Shown here: positions 16,843-26,870 of the stretch, piece after piece | Layout: every line of letters begins with the position of its first letter | Position numbering within the stretch: position 1 is the stretch's first letter | Source of the DNA: Acidobacteriota bacterium | GTDB lineage: Bacteria > Acidobacteriota > Thermoanaerobaculia > Multivoradales > Multivoraceae | NCBI GenBank assembly: GCA_026708285.1 | Contig: JAPOVF010000260.1 | Span: forward strand, 1-62,830 | Direction: 5' to 3' | DNA length: 62,830 bases | Notes under the pieces: model-generated | What the model was told of the DNA's origin: nothing | What the model saw: the letters and a program-made list of their open reading frames with translations, nothing else | Database searches by the model: none | Translations under genes and position numbers: made by a program

Positions 16843-17841
16843 GTGGTTCTCACGACCGTAGTGCACCCCGGCGGCCACTCCGTCCGCCATCGCCGGCTGG
16901 CAGGCGCCGCGCTGTGCGCGTGCATGGCGCTGGCGTGTTCCAGCATTGCCGCCCCGGGCCCGGAGCGCCCGGCGCTCCCCGCGGAACCACGGCAAGGCCC
17001 GCTGACCGGCCTGCTCGACGATCTGGGTCGGATCGTCGGCCGCGAGACGGTGGATCGCGGCGACGAACTGCTTCGCATGTTCGAGGAGCGCGGGCTCGAA
17101 CCTCTTGTCCAGGAGTTCCCGGCCACGGCAACGGAGCACCAGCCGCGAGAAAGCGGGAAGAACCTGATCGCCACGGTCGGTGAAGGTCCTCGCGACATCG
17201 TGGTCGGCGCGCACTACGACGTGGTCCGGCTCCAGGACGGCACGGTCGTCGGCGGCGCCGTGGACAACGGCGCGGCTTCGGTCGTCCTGACCAGGGTCGC
17301 GGAGACCCTGGGACGACACGAGTTGAGCCACCGCGTTCGGGTCGTTCTCTTCGACCTCGAGGAAGCCGGGCTGCTCGGCTCTCAGGCCTACGTGCAGGCG
17401 GAAGGCGCCGCTCGCGTCGCCGCCATGGTCAACGTCGACGTGGTCGTCGGCGACGAGACGCTGATGTACGGACCGACCTCCCACGAGGGAAACGACACCG
17501 TCTACCGCAGCCTCCGCGTCGCCTGCGCCGCGAGCGAGATCGCGTGCATGGGCTTCCCCCGCTATCCCCCGAGCGACGATCGCCCTTTTCAGGCCGCGGG
17601 CATCCCCAACGTCTCGCTCGCCATGAACGGCGCCACGGCGTCGCATCAGATGTGGCTCGCCCTGAACGCGGGGCCCGAGTCCGGGCTCCGCGAGGGCTTC
17701 ATGCCCGAGGTCTTCGGGATCATTCACTCGAGCAGAGACACCATCGAGCATGTCTCTGAGACCGCGATGAACCACCTTCACGACCTGGTCGTCGCTCTCG
17801 TGCTTGAATTGGACGCGGCCCTCCCGGAGTCGAATCCCTGA
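16843..17841 (+). CDS. M28 family metallopeptidase, possibly a lipoprotein (start uncertain)
   Basis: VGAHYD, GAVDNGAA, FDLEEAGLLGS, NVD, SDD..F and IHS..D. LACS lipobox-like segment. Confidence 0.85.
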   Translation: MVLTTVVHPGGHSVRHRRLAGAALCACMALACSSIAAPGPERPALPAEPRQGPLTGLLDDLGRIVGRETVDRGDELLRMFEERGLEPLVQEFPATATEHQPRESGKNLIATVGEGPRDIVVGAHYDVVRLQDGTVVGGAVDNGAASVVLTRVAETLGRHELSHRVRVVLFDLEEAGLLGSQAYVQAEGAARVAAMVNVDVVVGDETLMYGPTSHEGNDTVYRSLRVACAASEIACMGFPRYPPSDDRPFQAAGIPNVSLAMNGATASHQMWLALNAGPESGLREGFMPEVFGIIHSSRDTIEHVSETAMNHLHDLVVALVLELDAALPESNP

Positions 17842-17848
17842 CCCCGAC

Positions 17849-18532
17849 TCAGGGCGGATCGGCGTAGGGCTCGTCCTCGGGCACAAACTCCGTCTCCAAT
17901 CTGGCCGCCCGGCTCCACTCGCGCATCGCCATCGTGTCGAGCAGGGCGCGGCAGTAGTCCTGGGCTTCGCGGTCCAGCGGAGGATCGTAGGTGGCAAACC
18001 GCGACGCGACCGGCAGGAAGTAGGCGTCCGCGGCCGAGAAGTTGCCGAACAGGTACGGGCTCCGCGTGCCGAACTCGGCGCGGGTATCGCGCCAGAAGGC
18101 GGTCAGCCGTTCGATCTCGGCGATGACTTCCGGCTCGTGCCCCTTGCCCGGGTGGTGCGAGCGGATGTTCATCGGCATCGCTGAGCGCAGCGCCGCGTAG
18201 CCGGAGTGGAAGTTCGCGACCAAGGACCGTGCCCGGGCCCGGGCCCGGCCCTCGGCCGGCCAGATCCCGCGGTCGGGATAGAGGTCGTTCAGCCGCTCGA
18301 TGATCGCCGAGGTGTCGAAGGTGGCGAAGCCGCTTCCCGGCTCGCCCTCCCACAGCACCGGCACCAGCCGCGCAGGGGACAGTGTGCCGATGCTGGCCTC
18401 CCAGTCCTCCGAGTCGAACTTCAGCATCCGTTCAGCGAACGGGATGCCGAGTTCGGTCATCAGCGCCCACGGCCGGAGCGACCACGAGGAGTAGTTCTTG
18501 TTGCCGATGACAAGGGTGAGGGGCGCCGCCAT
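17849..18532 (-). CDS. Glutathione S-transferase family protein
   Basis: IGNKNYSSWSLRPW, SPARLVPVL, D(T)SAI.E and YLFGNFSAADA. Confidence 0.93.
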   Translation of the reverse strand: MAAPLTLVIGNKNYSSWSLRPWALMTELGIPFAERMLKFDSEDWEASIGTLSPARLVPVLWEGEPGSGFATFDTSAIIERLNDLYPDRGIWPAEGRARARARSLVANFHSGYAALRSAMPMNIRSHHPGKGHEPEVIAEIERLTAFWRDTRAEFGTRSPYLFGNFSAADAYFLPVASRFATYDPPLDREAQDYCRALLDTMAMREWSRAARLETEFVPEDEPYADPP

Positions 18533-18603
18533 CGCGCGAGCATAGAAGAGATCCGCGACTCCCGGGGATGACGGACGCGAGTACAGGCGCTATCCTGAAA
18601 CAG

Positions 18604-19548
18604 GTGCTCCCATCACGCAGCCCGAGCCTCCAGTTCGCGCTCGCCGCCGCCCTGGTGGCTGCGGCGCCACTAAGCGCGCAGGCCGACCCGAACTGGACCC
18701 CGCCCGGCGACATCGACGGGCTGTGGGACTTCGCCACGGCAACGCCGCTGCAGCGCCCCTCCGCGCACGCCGACAAGGAGTACTTCACCGCCGATGAGGC
18801 CGCCCAGTTCGAGCGCGACACGATCGCGCGCCGCGCCGAGGCCCAGAAGCGGAGCCCGAGCGTCCACGCGCCCTACTGGCTCGACCACGGGCGCCACGTG
18901 CAGGAGTCCCGCCGCACGTCGCTGATCTTCGACCCGCCGACCGGCCGCATCCCGCCGATGACCGAGGACGGCCGGCGCCGGGCACAGGAACGGAGGGATC
19001 TGCGCGCCAGTCCGCCGACCGGCCCCGAGGACCGGAACCTCTGGGAACGCTGCCTGATGGGCTTCAACGCCGGCCCGCCGATGAACCCCGGCGGCTACAA
19101 CAACAACGTGCTGATTCTGGTGACGCCGGACACCGTGGCACTCCTCAACGAGATGGTCCACGACACCCGGATCGTGCCCCTCGACGACGAGCCCCGCCTG
19201 CCTGAGCACGTACGCCAGTTCAAGGGCGACTCCCGCGGCTACTGGGACGGCGCAACCCTGGTCGTCGAGACCCGGAACTTCGACCCCCGGATCAGCTTCG
19301 CCGGCTCCGGCGGCAACATGCGGCTCGTCGAGCGCTTCACCCGCTTCGACGAGACGACCCTCATCTACGAGTACACGATCGACGACCCGGAGTCCTTCCA
19401 GCGCCCCTGGAGCGCACGGGTCGAGATGAAGCGGTCGGACCAGGCGATCTTCGAGTACGCCTGCCACGAGGGCAACTACGGCCTGCTCAACATCCTCGAG
19501 TACGCGCGCACCAACGAGAAGCGGGCTAACGAGGCTCCAGCAGAGTGA
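18604..19548 (+). CDS. Exported conserved hypothetical protein ('ERC...FEYACHEGNY' family), copy 1
   Basis: Signal peptide, with an in-frame GTG at 18604 after a TATCCT -10 (ORF track start is 18568). Aligns by eye along its length with 57988-59049. Confidence 0.8.
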   Translation: MLPSRSPSLQFALAAALVAAAPLSAQADPNWTPPGDIDGLWDFATATPLQRPSAHADKEYFTADEAAQFERDTIARRAEAQKRSPSVHAPYWLDHGRHVQESRRTSLIFDPPTGRIPPMTEDGRRRAQERRDLRASPPTGPEDRNLWERCLMGFNAGPPMNPGGYNNNVLILVTPDTVALLNEMVHDTRIVPLDDEPRLPEHVRQFKGDSRGYWDGATLVVETRNFDPRISFAGSGGNMRLVERFTRFDETTLIYEYTIDDPESFQRPWSARVEMKRSDQAIFEYACHEGNYGLLNILEYARTNEKRANEAPAE

Positions 19549-19581
19549 CGCCAGGCAGCCGCGGGCGGGTGTAGCTGACGG

Positions 19582-21414
19582 CTAGCCGCCGGAGGCGTAC
19601 GCGGTGACGTCGTCGCGGTGCGTCCACCAGCCGGGGCTGGTCCACCAGTCGCTGCCCGGGGGCGGCGTCGGCTGGAACAGGAAGACGCCGGAGGGCGCGA
19701 ACTCGACGCCGCGGATGCGCTTGCTGAAGGCGCGGATCTCGGAGTAGTTCCACATCATCGTGAACGGCTGATCCTCGGCGACGACGTAGGCCAGCTCCCG
19801 ATAGATCGCGGCGCGCGCTTCGGGGTCGAACTCCCGCCGACCGCGCTCGAGCAGATCGTCGACCCGTTGGCTCTTGTAGCCGACGTAGTTGCGGGCGTTG
19901 TCGTAGCTCGTCGAGTGGAGGCGGATCGTCCATTGATCCGGATCGGTGGTCACCTCGTCGGCATCCGCGTGGGCCTGGAACTCGTGCTCCTGCAGGTGCC
20001 GCTCGTGGGTCGCGTTCTCGAACTGGCGAAGCGTCAGCTCGACGCCGATGCTGCGCAGATCCTCGCGGTAGATGTCCGCCATCTTGACCGCGTCCGCGAA
20101 GGTCTGGGCGATCTCCAACTCGAACGAGAACTTGACCCGCTCGCCGTTGATCTCCCTGTAGCGCCAGCCGTCGTCGGGGTCCGGTAGCCAGCCGGCCTCG
20201 TCGAGCAGCTCGCCGGCGCGCTCGAGGTCGAACGGGTACTTCGGCACGTCCGGGTTGTAGCCCATGTGCTCCTTGTCCCAGAGCTGGTCGGTCTCCAGGT
20301 AGACCCCGTAGGCGACGTCCCGGATCACGCGCTTCTGATCGTAGGCGTGGGTCATGGCCCGCCGCACCCGCACGTCGGTGAAGAACGGGTTGCTGCCGTC
20401 CTGGTTCCAGCCGATTCGCGAGATTCGCCGCGCCGGCGCCCAGCCCTTGACGCCGACCCGCTCGAACTCCTCGTCGTTGCTCTGGGTGGCGAACTGCTGG
20501 GGCGTGAACCAGTACTCGTCGAGTTCGCCCTTCTTGAACAGCAACAGGCCGAGGTTGCGGTCGCTTTGCGGCCGGTAGATCACGCGCCTGAAGGGCGCGA
20601 TACGTACCGCGTCGGGGAACTCGTCCCAGCGCTCGACCACGATCTTGTCGGTCAGGGTCCAGGACACGAACTTGTACGGCCCCGAGCCGATGACTTCCTC
20701 GCGCGCGTAGTGGTTGAAGTACTCGCTGCTCCACATCGTCGGGTCGTTCGCGAGCTCTTCCGGGTTGTTCCAGATGTGGCGCGGAATCGGGGGCACTCGC
20801 ATGGCGAGCATGTTCGTGACCAGGGCGTCCTTGAAGTGGAACACGACGGTCAGATCGTCGACCACGTCGATCCACTCGACCTGGTCGACGTCGTGCTTGT
20901 ACATCGCCGCCGGCACGTCGTCCGAAGCCACCATGTCGTAGGTGAACTTCAGGTCGTGCATCGTCCACGGCTTGCCGTCGTGCCAGGTCAGCCCCGGCCG
21001 GATGCGCACGCGGGCGCTCATCCAGTCGTCCGCGATCACGGCCTCTTCGACCACGGTCTGGTTCCACACCATCGTCATGTCGGCGTTGCGCGTCGTCAGC
21101 GACTGGAACAGCGCGCCCGACAGGTAGTAGTCCTCCCAGAAGATCGCGAAGATCGGGTTCAGCGTGCGCGGGTCGCCGAACATGTAGCGAACCAGCGTGT
21201 CGTCCCGGGCCACAACCTCCGGCCGGTCGAACGGGTACGGCTCGGTCAGCGTCGGCGGGTTGACGAGCGGGTCGGTCCGCGGGTCGTAGGCCGGGCCCGA
21301 GGGCGCGGTCGAGCGCTCCGGCAGCGGGCCGGTGCAGGCGGCCGCGAAGGCGACCAGGACGCTGACGACGACGAGACCCGCCGCGTAGCGGGGCAGCAAC
21401 GATCTGGAGGGCAT
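19582..21414 (-). CDS. ABC transporter substrate-binding lipoprotein, family 5 (peptide/nickel)
   Basis: Lipobox FAAAC, DPRTLNP, LTWHDGKPWT..D.KFT and IGSGPYKF family-5 motifs. Confidence 0.92.
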   Translation of the reverse strand: MPSRSLLPRYAAGLVVVSVLVAFAAACTGPLPERSTAPSGPAYDPRTDPLVNPPTLTEPYPFDRPEVVARDDTLVRYMFGDPRTLNPIFAIFWEDYYLSGALFQSLTTRNADMTMVWNQTVVEEAVIADDWMSARVRIRPGLTWHDGKPWTMHDLKFTYDMVASDDVPAAMYKHDVDQVEWIDVVDDLTVVFHFKDALVTNMLAMRVPPIPRHIWNNPEELANDPTMWSSEYFNHYAREEVIGSGPYKFVSWTLTDKIVVERWDEFPDAVRIAPFRRVIYRPQSDRNLGLLLFKKGELDEYWFTPQQFATQSNDEEFERVGVKGWAPARRISRIGWNQDGSNPFFTDVRVRRAMTHAYDQKRVIRDVAYGVYLETDQLWDKEHMGYNPDVPKYPFDLERAGELLDEAGWLPDPDDGWRYREINGERVKFSFELEIAQTFADAVKMADIYREDLRSIGVELTLRQFENATHERHLQEHEFQAHADADEVTTDPDQWTIRLHSTSYDNARNYVGYKSQRVDDLLERGRREFDPEARAAIYRELAYVVAEDQPFTMMWNYSEIRAFSKRIRGVEFAPSGVFLFQPTPPPGSDWWTSPGWWTHRDDVTAYASGG

Positions 21415-21442
21415 GGTGCGGGAACTGTAGCGCGCCGGCCCG

Positions 21443-21832
21443 TCAGCGCAGCCGGTCGATCAGCCGGCGGTCCCGCTTGGTCGGACGGCCGGCGCCCCGC
21501 CGTCTCCGCGCCGGCTCCGGGACCAGGAAAGGACCGCGCTTTCGCGGCTCCGGTTTCGGTGGGCTCAGGTCCTCGTAGAGACGTGGCGCCTCCGCCTTCG
21601 GCAGCGGTTTGTCTCTCAGCTCGCGCACGACGAGAACCCGCTTCCAGTCCCGGATCCTGAACTCGATCCGGTCGCCGACCCGGACTTGGCGGTGAGCCTT
21701 CGCCTGCTGGCCGTTGACCGTTACACGGCCGGCCGCGCAGGCCGCGGCCGCCTTCGAACGGGCGCGGAACATGCGCGACACTTGCAGCCACTTGTCGAGG
21801 CGGTTCAAGGGTCCGATCCCGGCGATGAGCAT
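21443..21832 (-). CDS. hslR: S4-domain RNA-binding protein, Hsp15 (ribosome-associated heat shock protein)
   Basis: RLDKWL..SRMFRARSKA..AC..GRV.VNG...K....V.VGD and C-terminal GRPTKRDRR. Confidence 0.88.
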   Translation of the reverse strand: MLIAGIGPLNRLDKWLQVSRMFRARSKAAAACAAGRVTVNGQQAKAHRQVRVGDRIEFRIRDWKRVLVVRELRDKPLPKAEAPRLYEDLSPPKPEPRKRGPFLVPEPARRRRGAGRPTKRDRRLIDRLR

Positions 21833-21862
21833 TCCTCGTTCATCGCGAACTGCCGGCTCCCC

Positions 21863-23149
21863 TCATCGTAGTCCAAGGCGGTGCATCTTCCGGATCCGCT
21901 GTACGTCCCGACTCGCGACGCCCGCCTCCGCAGCGAACCGGGGCCAGTCCGCGACAACTTCGAGCACCCGCTCGATGACGCGCGAAGCCCGTGCGAACTT
22001 CAGCCCGGAGGTCTCCGCGAACCTAAGCAAGTCGGTCCGCTCGAAGCGGCGGCGCTTGCCCGCCAGGCTCATCTGATGTTGACCGGTCCAGGGGCCCCGC
22101 GGGTTGTAGGCATAGGTCACCTCGTACGCCGGCGACAAGCGCCATTCTCCCGCACGGTTCATCAGGAACGAGATGTTCTTCGGATGATCGTCCTGGTTTC
22201 GTCCGACGACGTTGAAGACTGTCCGGCGGTACTGCTGTTCGACCACCACCATCCCGAGCCCAAGTTCGCGGATCGTCTCCATCGCCTGCTCGTACGAGTG
22301 CGCGCCGGCATCGTTGTAGTCGAAGTGCCTCAACGCCGCCAGGGACTGCATGTGGATCTTGGCTCCCGCCGGGTCGCAATCAAACCGGCGCGTCATGAAG
22401 TGGCTCCGTTTGCCCTCAAGATGCAACCGGCACTCCGACATTTCGATGCCGGCGGCGCGCGCCATCAAGTGATAGCCGTACTCGATCCGGCCGTAGCCCA
22501 GTGGATCCGCCAGTTCGCGGTCGCGGTTGCCGGTCACGCCGTCGAACTTCAGGATCCAGTGCTCGAAGCCGGCCTTCGTGTCCACCTGGCCGGAACGGAA
22601 CTCCCCCTTGTCCCGATTCCAGGCGAGCACCGCCTTCGCCCGGGCACCGCCCGCGGATGTTCCTACGCTGAGGATGTCCTCCAGCGCCTCGCCGTCGTCC
22701 AACTGGCCGGACAGTCGGTTCCGTTCGTCGAGCACCCGATTTGTGAGGTCGACGAGTCGAGCGATCTCAACCTCCTCGCGCCGATCTCCCCTACGTGCCG
22801 CCGGTTGGTACTCCAATGCCCCCATGCCGCGGGTGCCGACGTAACAGAGCCGGTCCACTGGATTGAAGCTCTCGGGACTCCTTTCGTTTTCCGCCAGCCA
22901 GGCATCGATCAGCAAGTTGCCGAAGCGGTCGGGCAGCGAGTCCGCCACAAGACCGGGCAAGCCCATGAACGATCGCCCGATCGCCGGGAAGTCGTAGGTG
23001 CCCTCACGAACGGGCATCGCCAGCGGAGAGACCTCGATGCCGGCCGCCAGGAACGCGGGGTCGTACTGGAAGACGCCGACTCCCCGCCCGGCATGCCATG
23101 AAACCGCGCCGATGCGACGACCCCACAGGTTGACGCTGGCGTCAATCAT
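21863..23149 (-). CDS. hipA: HipA-family Ser/Thr kinase toxin (with N-terminal HipA_N/couple domain)
   Basis: DSLPDRFG, P-loop TSAGGARAK, WILKFDG, catalytic NQDDHPKN and LSPAY. Confidence 0.93.
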   Translation of the reverse strand: MIDASVNLWGRRIGAVSWHAGRGVGVFQYDPAFLAAGIEVSPLAMPVREGTYDFPAIGRSFMGLPGLVADSLPDRFGNLLIDAWLAENERSPESFNPVDRLCYVGTRGMGALEYQPAARRGDRREEVEIARLVDLTNRVLDERNRLSGQLDDGEALEDILSVGTSAGGARAKAVLAWNRDKGEFRSGQVDTKAGFEHWILKFDGVTGNRDRELADPLGYGRIEYGYHLMARAAGIEMSECRLHLEGKRSHFMTRRFDCDPAGAKIHMQSLAALRHFDYNDAGAHSYEQAMETIRELGLGMVVVEQQYRRTVFNVVGRNQDDHPKNISFLMNRAGEWRLSPAYEVTYAYNPRGPWTGQHQMSLAGKRRRFERTDLLRFAETSGLKFARASRVIERVLEVVADWPRFAAEAGVASRDVQRIRKMHRLGLR

Positions 23150-23163
23150 TCAAGTGCTCGGTG

Positions 23164-23511
23164 CTAGGCCCAGGACCACGGCTCTTCCCGCGACCCGCGC
23201 TTCCGGGGGCGGGCACGCCGCCGTTCCAAGCCGCCGGAGTCGATCCGTTCGATGGGCCGGATCTCCCGCGCAGGTACCGCGCTCAGTAGACCATCCGCCA
23301 AACCGAGCTCGATCGAGAGGCGCAGCAAGCTGTCCAGACTGCTGGACCGGCCAGCCTCGATGTTACGGAGTGTACGAAGCCCGATTCCCGCATCCGCAGC
23401 CAAGGCTTGCTGCGTGATGTTCCTGGAGAGGCGTAGCTTCGCCAGACGACGACCAAGCTCGCTCCGCAGCGCCCGCGACGTTAGGTGTCGACCTGTCGCT
23501 TCTTCGGCCAT
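23164..23511 (-). CDS. XRE/HTH transcriptional regulator, HipB-like antitoxin
   Basis: RLSRNITQQALAADAGIGLRTLRNIEAG HTH, directly upstream of hipA, with a GGAGG RBS. Confidence 0.88.
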   Translation of the reverse strand: MAEEATGRHLTSRALRSELGRRLAKLRLSRNITQQALAADAGIGLRTLRNIEAGRSSSLDSLLRLSIELGLADGLLSAVPAREIRPIERIDSGGLERRRARPRKRGSREEPWSWA

Positions 23512-23576
23512 GACTCCCTCCTACTCGTAGATTCCCCATGGCCCGTCCAATACTGACGTCAATCCGTCTTCCTTGC

Positions 23577-23638
23577 AAGAGGCACTATCCTGCCTCTTAA
23601 CGGTCTATACTCCAATAAGAGGCAACAAACCGCCTACT
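23577..23638. promoter_or_regulatory. Two palindromic operator-like sites upstream of the hipB-like/hipA operon
   Basis: Perfect AAGAGGCA-N6-TGCCTCTT at 23577-23598 and degenerate AAGAGGCA-N6-CGCCTACT at 23617-23638, in an AT-richer intergenic stretch. Confidence 0.7.
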
Positions 23639-23698
23639 ATTACTCGACCGGAGCAGTCCCGCGGCCCCCAAGAGCGCCGCCCAAGCAGCCTTCGGGAT

Positions 23699-25534
23699 CT
23701 AGCGCTTCCCGCGTCGCGGCAGGTAGAGGTCGGTGATCGTGCCCTCGTAGGCCTCGGCGGCGAAGGCGACCGTCTCGGAGAGGGTCGGGTGCGGGTGGAC
23801 AGTCAGCGCCAGGTCGGCCGCGTCCGCATTCATCTCGATCGCCAGCGCCGCCTCGGTGATCAGGTCGCCGGCGTTTGTGCCGACGATGCCAGCGCCGACG
23901 ACCCGTCCGTTGCCGGGATCGAAGAGCAGCTTGGTCAGGCCTTCGGGCCGGCCCAGCGTCAGGGCGCGGCCCGAGGCGCCCCACGGAAACACCGCCTTCT
24001 CGTACGCGGTGCCGTTCTCGCGCGCTTCGGTCTCGGTGAGGCCCACCCACGCCACCTCCGGGTCGGTGTAGGCGACGGACGGGATGACCCGCGCCTCGAA
24101 GCCGCTCTTCTCGCCCGCCGCGACCTCTGCCGCGACCTTGCCCTCATGGGTCGCCTTGTGCGCGAGCATCGGTCCGGGCACGAGGTCGCCGATCGCGAAG
24201 ATGTGGGGCATGTTCGTGCGCTGCTGATCGTCGACGGACACGAAGCCCTGACCGTCGACTTGAACGCCGGCCGCCTCCGCGCCGAAGCGGTCGCTGTTCG
24301 GACGGCGGCCGACCGCCACCAGGACGCGCCCGAACAGGCCGGAGCCTGGAGCGTCCTCGCCCTCCATCGACACCATCAGGCCGTTCTTCTGCGCCTTGAC
24401 GGCCGTCACCCGCGTGTTCACGTGGATGTTCTCCAGGCGTTTCGCCAGACGTCGCTGAAGCGGTCGGACGAGGTCCCGGTCGACGCCGGTGAGCAGTTCG
24501 GGCAGCAGTTCGACGACGGTCACCCGGTAACCCAGGGCGGCGTAGACCGTCGCCATCTCGAGGCCGATGATGCCGCCGCCGATCACCAGCAGTCGGCCGC
24601 CCGGCTCGAAGTCGGGATCGAGTTCCAGCGCGTCGGTCGAGTCCCAGACCCGCGGATCGCCGGCCGGCAGACCCGGAATCATCGCCGGACGCGAGCCGAC
24701 TGCGACGATCGCCTGGCCGAAGGTCAGAGTGCGCCGGCCGCCGTCGGCGTCCTCGATTTCCACTTCGTGGGACCCGCTCAAGCGACCATGTCCACGCACG
24801 ACGTCGACCTTGCGCCGCGCGGCAAGCTGGGCCAGACCACCAGTCAGCCGGCCCACGACCTCGTTCTTCCAGCCCCCGAGCTTGCCCCGGTCGATGGCCG
24901 GTTCGCCGAAGTCGATGCCGTGGGCCGCGAACCCGGCCGCCTCGTCGATCACGCGGGCGGCGTGCAGCAGGGCCTTGGACGGAATGCAGCCGACGTTCAA
25001 GCAGACGCCGCCCAGGTTGGAGTACGGCTCGACGAGAACGACCTGACGGCCCAGGTCGGCGGCGCGGAAGGCCGCCGTGTAGCCGCCCGGGCCTGCGCCA
25101 AGAACCAGGACTTCGGCGTCGACATCAGGCGGCGCCACGACGGTGGGCGCCGCCGTCGCCGCGGCCGCCTGAGGCGGCGCCGGCTCTCCCTGCGCGGTCG
25201 ACTCCGCTCCGACGTCCTCGACTGCACTCCTCCCAGACGGCGGCGCATGCGGATGCCGCGGACGCTCGACGCGATGGTCCGGATGGGACTCGTCGTCGGC
25301 GTCGAGGATGACGATCAGGTCCCCCTCCCCCACCTTGTCTCCGAGCGAGACGGCGACCTCCAGGACGACGCCGCAGTGAGGCGACGGCACCTCCATCGAG
25401 GCCTTGTCGCTCTCGAGCGTGATCAGGCCCGCATCGACATCGACGTGCTCACCCGGCGAGACGAGCACCTCGACCACATCGACCGAGTCGAAGTCGCCGA
25501 TGTCGGGTACGACGATGCGGATCGGGTCGGCCAT
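23699..25534 (-). CDS. lpdA: Dihydrolipoamide dehydrogenase (E3) with N-terminal lipoyl domain
   Basis: Lipoyl motif ESDKASMEVPSP, GAGPGG, redox GGVCLNVGCIPSK and C-terminal HPHPTLSE. Confidence 0.96.
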   Translation of the reverse strand: MADPIRIVVPDIGDFDSVDVVEVLVSPGEHVDVDAGLITLESDKASMEVPSPHCGVVLEVAVSLGDKVGEGDLIVILDADDESHPDHRVERPRHPHAPPSGRSAVEDVGAESTAQGEPAPPQAAAATAAPTVVAPPDVDAEVLVLGAGPGGYTAAFRAADLGRQVVLVEPYSNLGGVCLNVGCIPSKALLHAARVIDEAAGFAAHGIDFGEPAIDRGKLGGWKNEVVGRLTGGLAQLAARRKVDVVRGHGRLSGSHEVEIEDADGGRRTLTFGQAIVAVGSRPAMIPGLPAGDPRVWDSTDALELDPDFEPGGRLLVIGGGIIGLEMATVYAALGYRVTVVELLPELLTGVDRDLVRPLQRRLAKRLENIHVNTRVTAVKAQKNGLMVSMEGEDAPGSGLFGRVLVAVGRRPNSDRFGAEAAGVQVDGQGFVSVDDQQRTNMPHIFAIGDLVPGPMLAHKATHEGKVAAEVAAGEKSGFEARVIPSVAYTDPEVAWVGLTETEARENGTAYEKAVFPWGASGRALTLGRPEGLTKLLFDPGNGRVVGAGIVGTNAGDLITEAALAIEMNADAADLALTVHPHPTLSETVAFAAEAYEGTITDLYLPRRGKR

Positions 25535-25547
25535 TCGGGCTCAGGAC

Positions 25548-26870
25548 TCAGAGCACGATCCGGCGGATGTCGGCCAGCACCGAGCACAGGTGCGACGTGA
25601 AGCGCACGGCATAGGCACCGTCGATCACGCGGTGGTCGTAGGAGAGCGAGACCGGAAGCATGAGTCGCGGGGCCAGGCCGGCGCCGACGTAGACCGGCCT
25701 CCGCACGGAGCGCGAAACGCCCAGAATGCCCACTTCCGGTGCGTTGACGATCGGCGTGAAGGCCGTACCGCCGATGCCGCCGAGACTCGAGATCGTGAAG
25801 GACGCGCCCTGAATGTCCGCCGGACGGAGCTTGCGCTCGCGGGCGCGGCCGCTGACCTCGGTCAGCTCCTCCGCCAGCTCGTAGACGCCCTTCCTGTCCA
25901 CGTCCCGCACCACGGGCACGACCAGACCGTCCGGCGTGTCCACGGCGACGCCCAGATGGATGTAGCGCTTGAGGATCAACGATTCGCCGTCCGGAGCAAG
26001 CGACGAGTTCATCTCCTGGAACTCGCCCAGCGAAACCGAGGCCGCCTTCATCAGGAAGGCCAGCAGGGTGAGCCGGACGCCGCGCTCGCGAGCCTCGGCG
26101 AGATGCGCCCGGCGGAACGCCTCCAGTTCGGTGATGTCCGCCTCGTCGTGCTGGGTCACATGCGGCACATTGAGCCAGCTCCGATGGAGGTTCGCCGCCG
26201 CCAGCTTGCGGATGCGGCTCAGCGGCTTCGACTCGACCGGTCCGAACTTCAAGAAGTCGATCTCCGGGACCGGCGGAATGCCGGCGCCCGCAACCTGCGG
26301 GTCGCGGCCCGTCATCACTTCCTTGACGAAGCCCTCGACGTCTTCCCGCAGGATGCGCCCCTTGGCGCCGGTGCCGGCAACCCTCGTCAGATCGACGCCG
26401 AGCATGCGGGCGAACCGCCGCACCGCCGGGCTGGCGTGCGGCGGGGCCGACGTCGTCGCCGACCCGGTGGCCGCGGGGGGCGGTGGTCGGCGGCCGCGCC
26501 GCGATGGACGTTGGCGCGCCGGACCCGCCGGCTGGGGCTGCGCCTCCGAGGCGCGAGGCTGCGGCGACGGCGTGGCCACGGCCGCGTCCTCGGCCCCGGC
26601 CTCCTCTGCCTCCGCGTCCGCAGACACATCCGCCGGCTCGATCGTCAGGATCAGATCGCCCTCACCGACCTGGCCGCCGAGTTCCACCGCGATCTCGACC
26701 ACGCGGCCGGCCGCCGGCGACGGCACCTCCATCGACGCCTTGTCGCTCTCGAGGGTGATCAGGGATTGATCGACCGAGACCTCGTCGCCGACCCCCACCA
26801 GGACCTCGACGACATCGACGGACTCGAAGTCGCCGATGTCGGGGACGACGACGGAGAGGGTCTCGCTCAC
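25548..26870 (-). CDS. aceF: Dihydrolipoamide acetyltransferase (PDH E2), single lipoyl domain
   Basis: ESDKASMEVP, E3-binding HASPAVRRFAR, and catalytic SYDHRVIDGA. Confidence 0.96.
   Translation of the reverse strand: MSETLSVVVPDIGDFESVDVVEVLVGVGDEVSVDQSLITLESDKASMEVPSPAAGRVVEIAVELGGQVGEGDLILTIEPADVSADAEAEEAGAEDAAVATPSPQPRASEAQPQPAGPARQRPSRRGRRPPPPAATGSATTSAPPHASPAVRRFARMLGVDLTRVAGTGAKGRILREDVEGFVKEVMTGRDPQVAGAGIPPVPEIDFLKFGPVESKPLSRIRKLAAANLHRSWLNVPHVTQHDEADITELEAFRRAHLAEARERGVRLTLLAFLMKAASVSLGEFQEMNSSLAPDGESLILKRYIHLGVAVDTPDGLVVPVVRDVDRKGVYELAEELTEVSGRARERKLRPADIQGASFTISSLGGIGGTAFTPIVNAPEVGILGVSRSVRRPVYVGAGLAPRLMLPVSLSYDHRVIDGAYAVRFTSHLCSVLADIRRIVL

Noticed and set aside
21833-23698. hipBA module as a mobile element
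   Set aside because: It looks inserted between lpdA and hslR, but I found no terminal repeats, recombinase or tRNA site.
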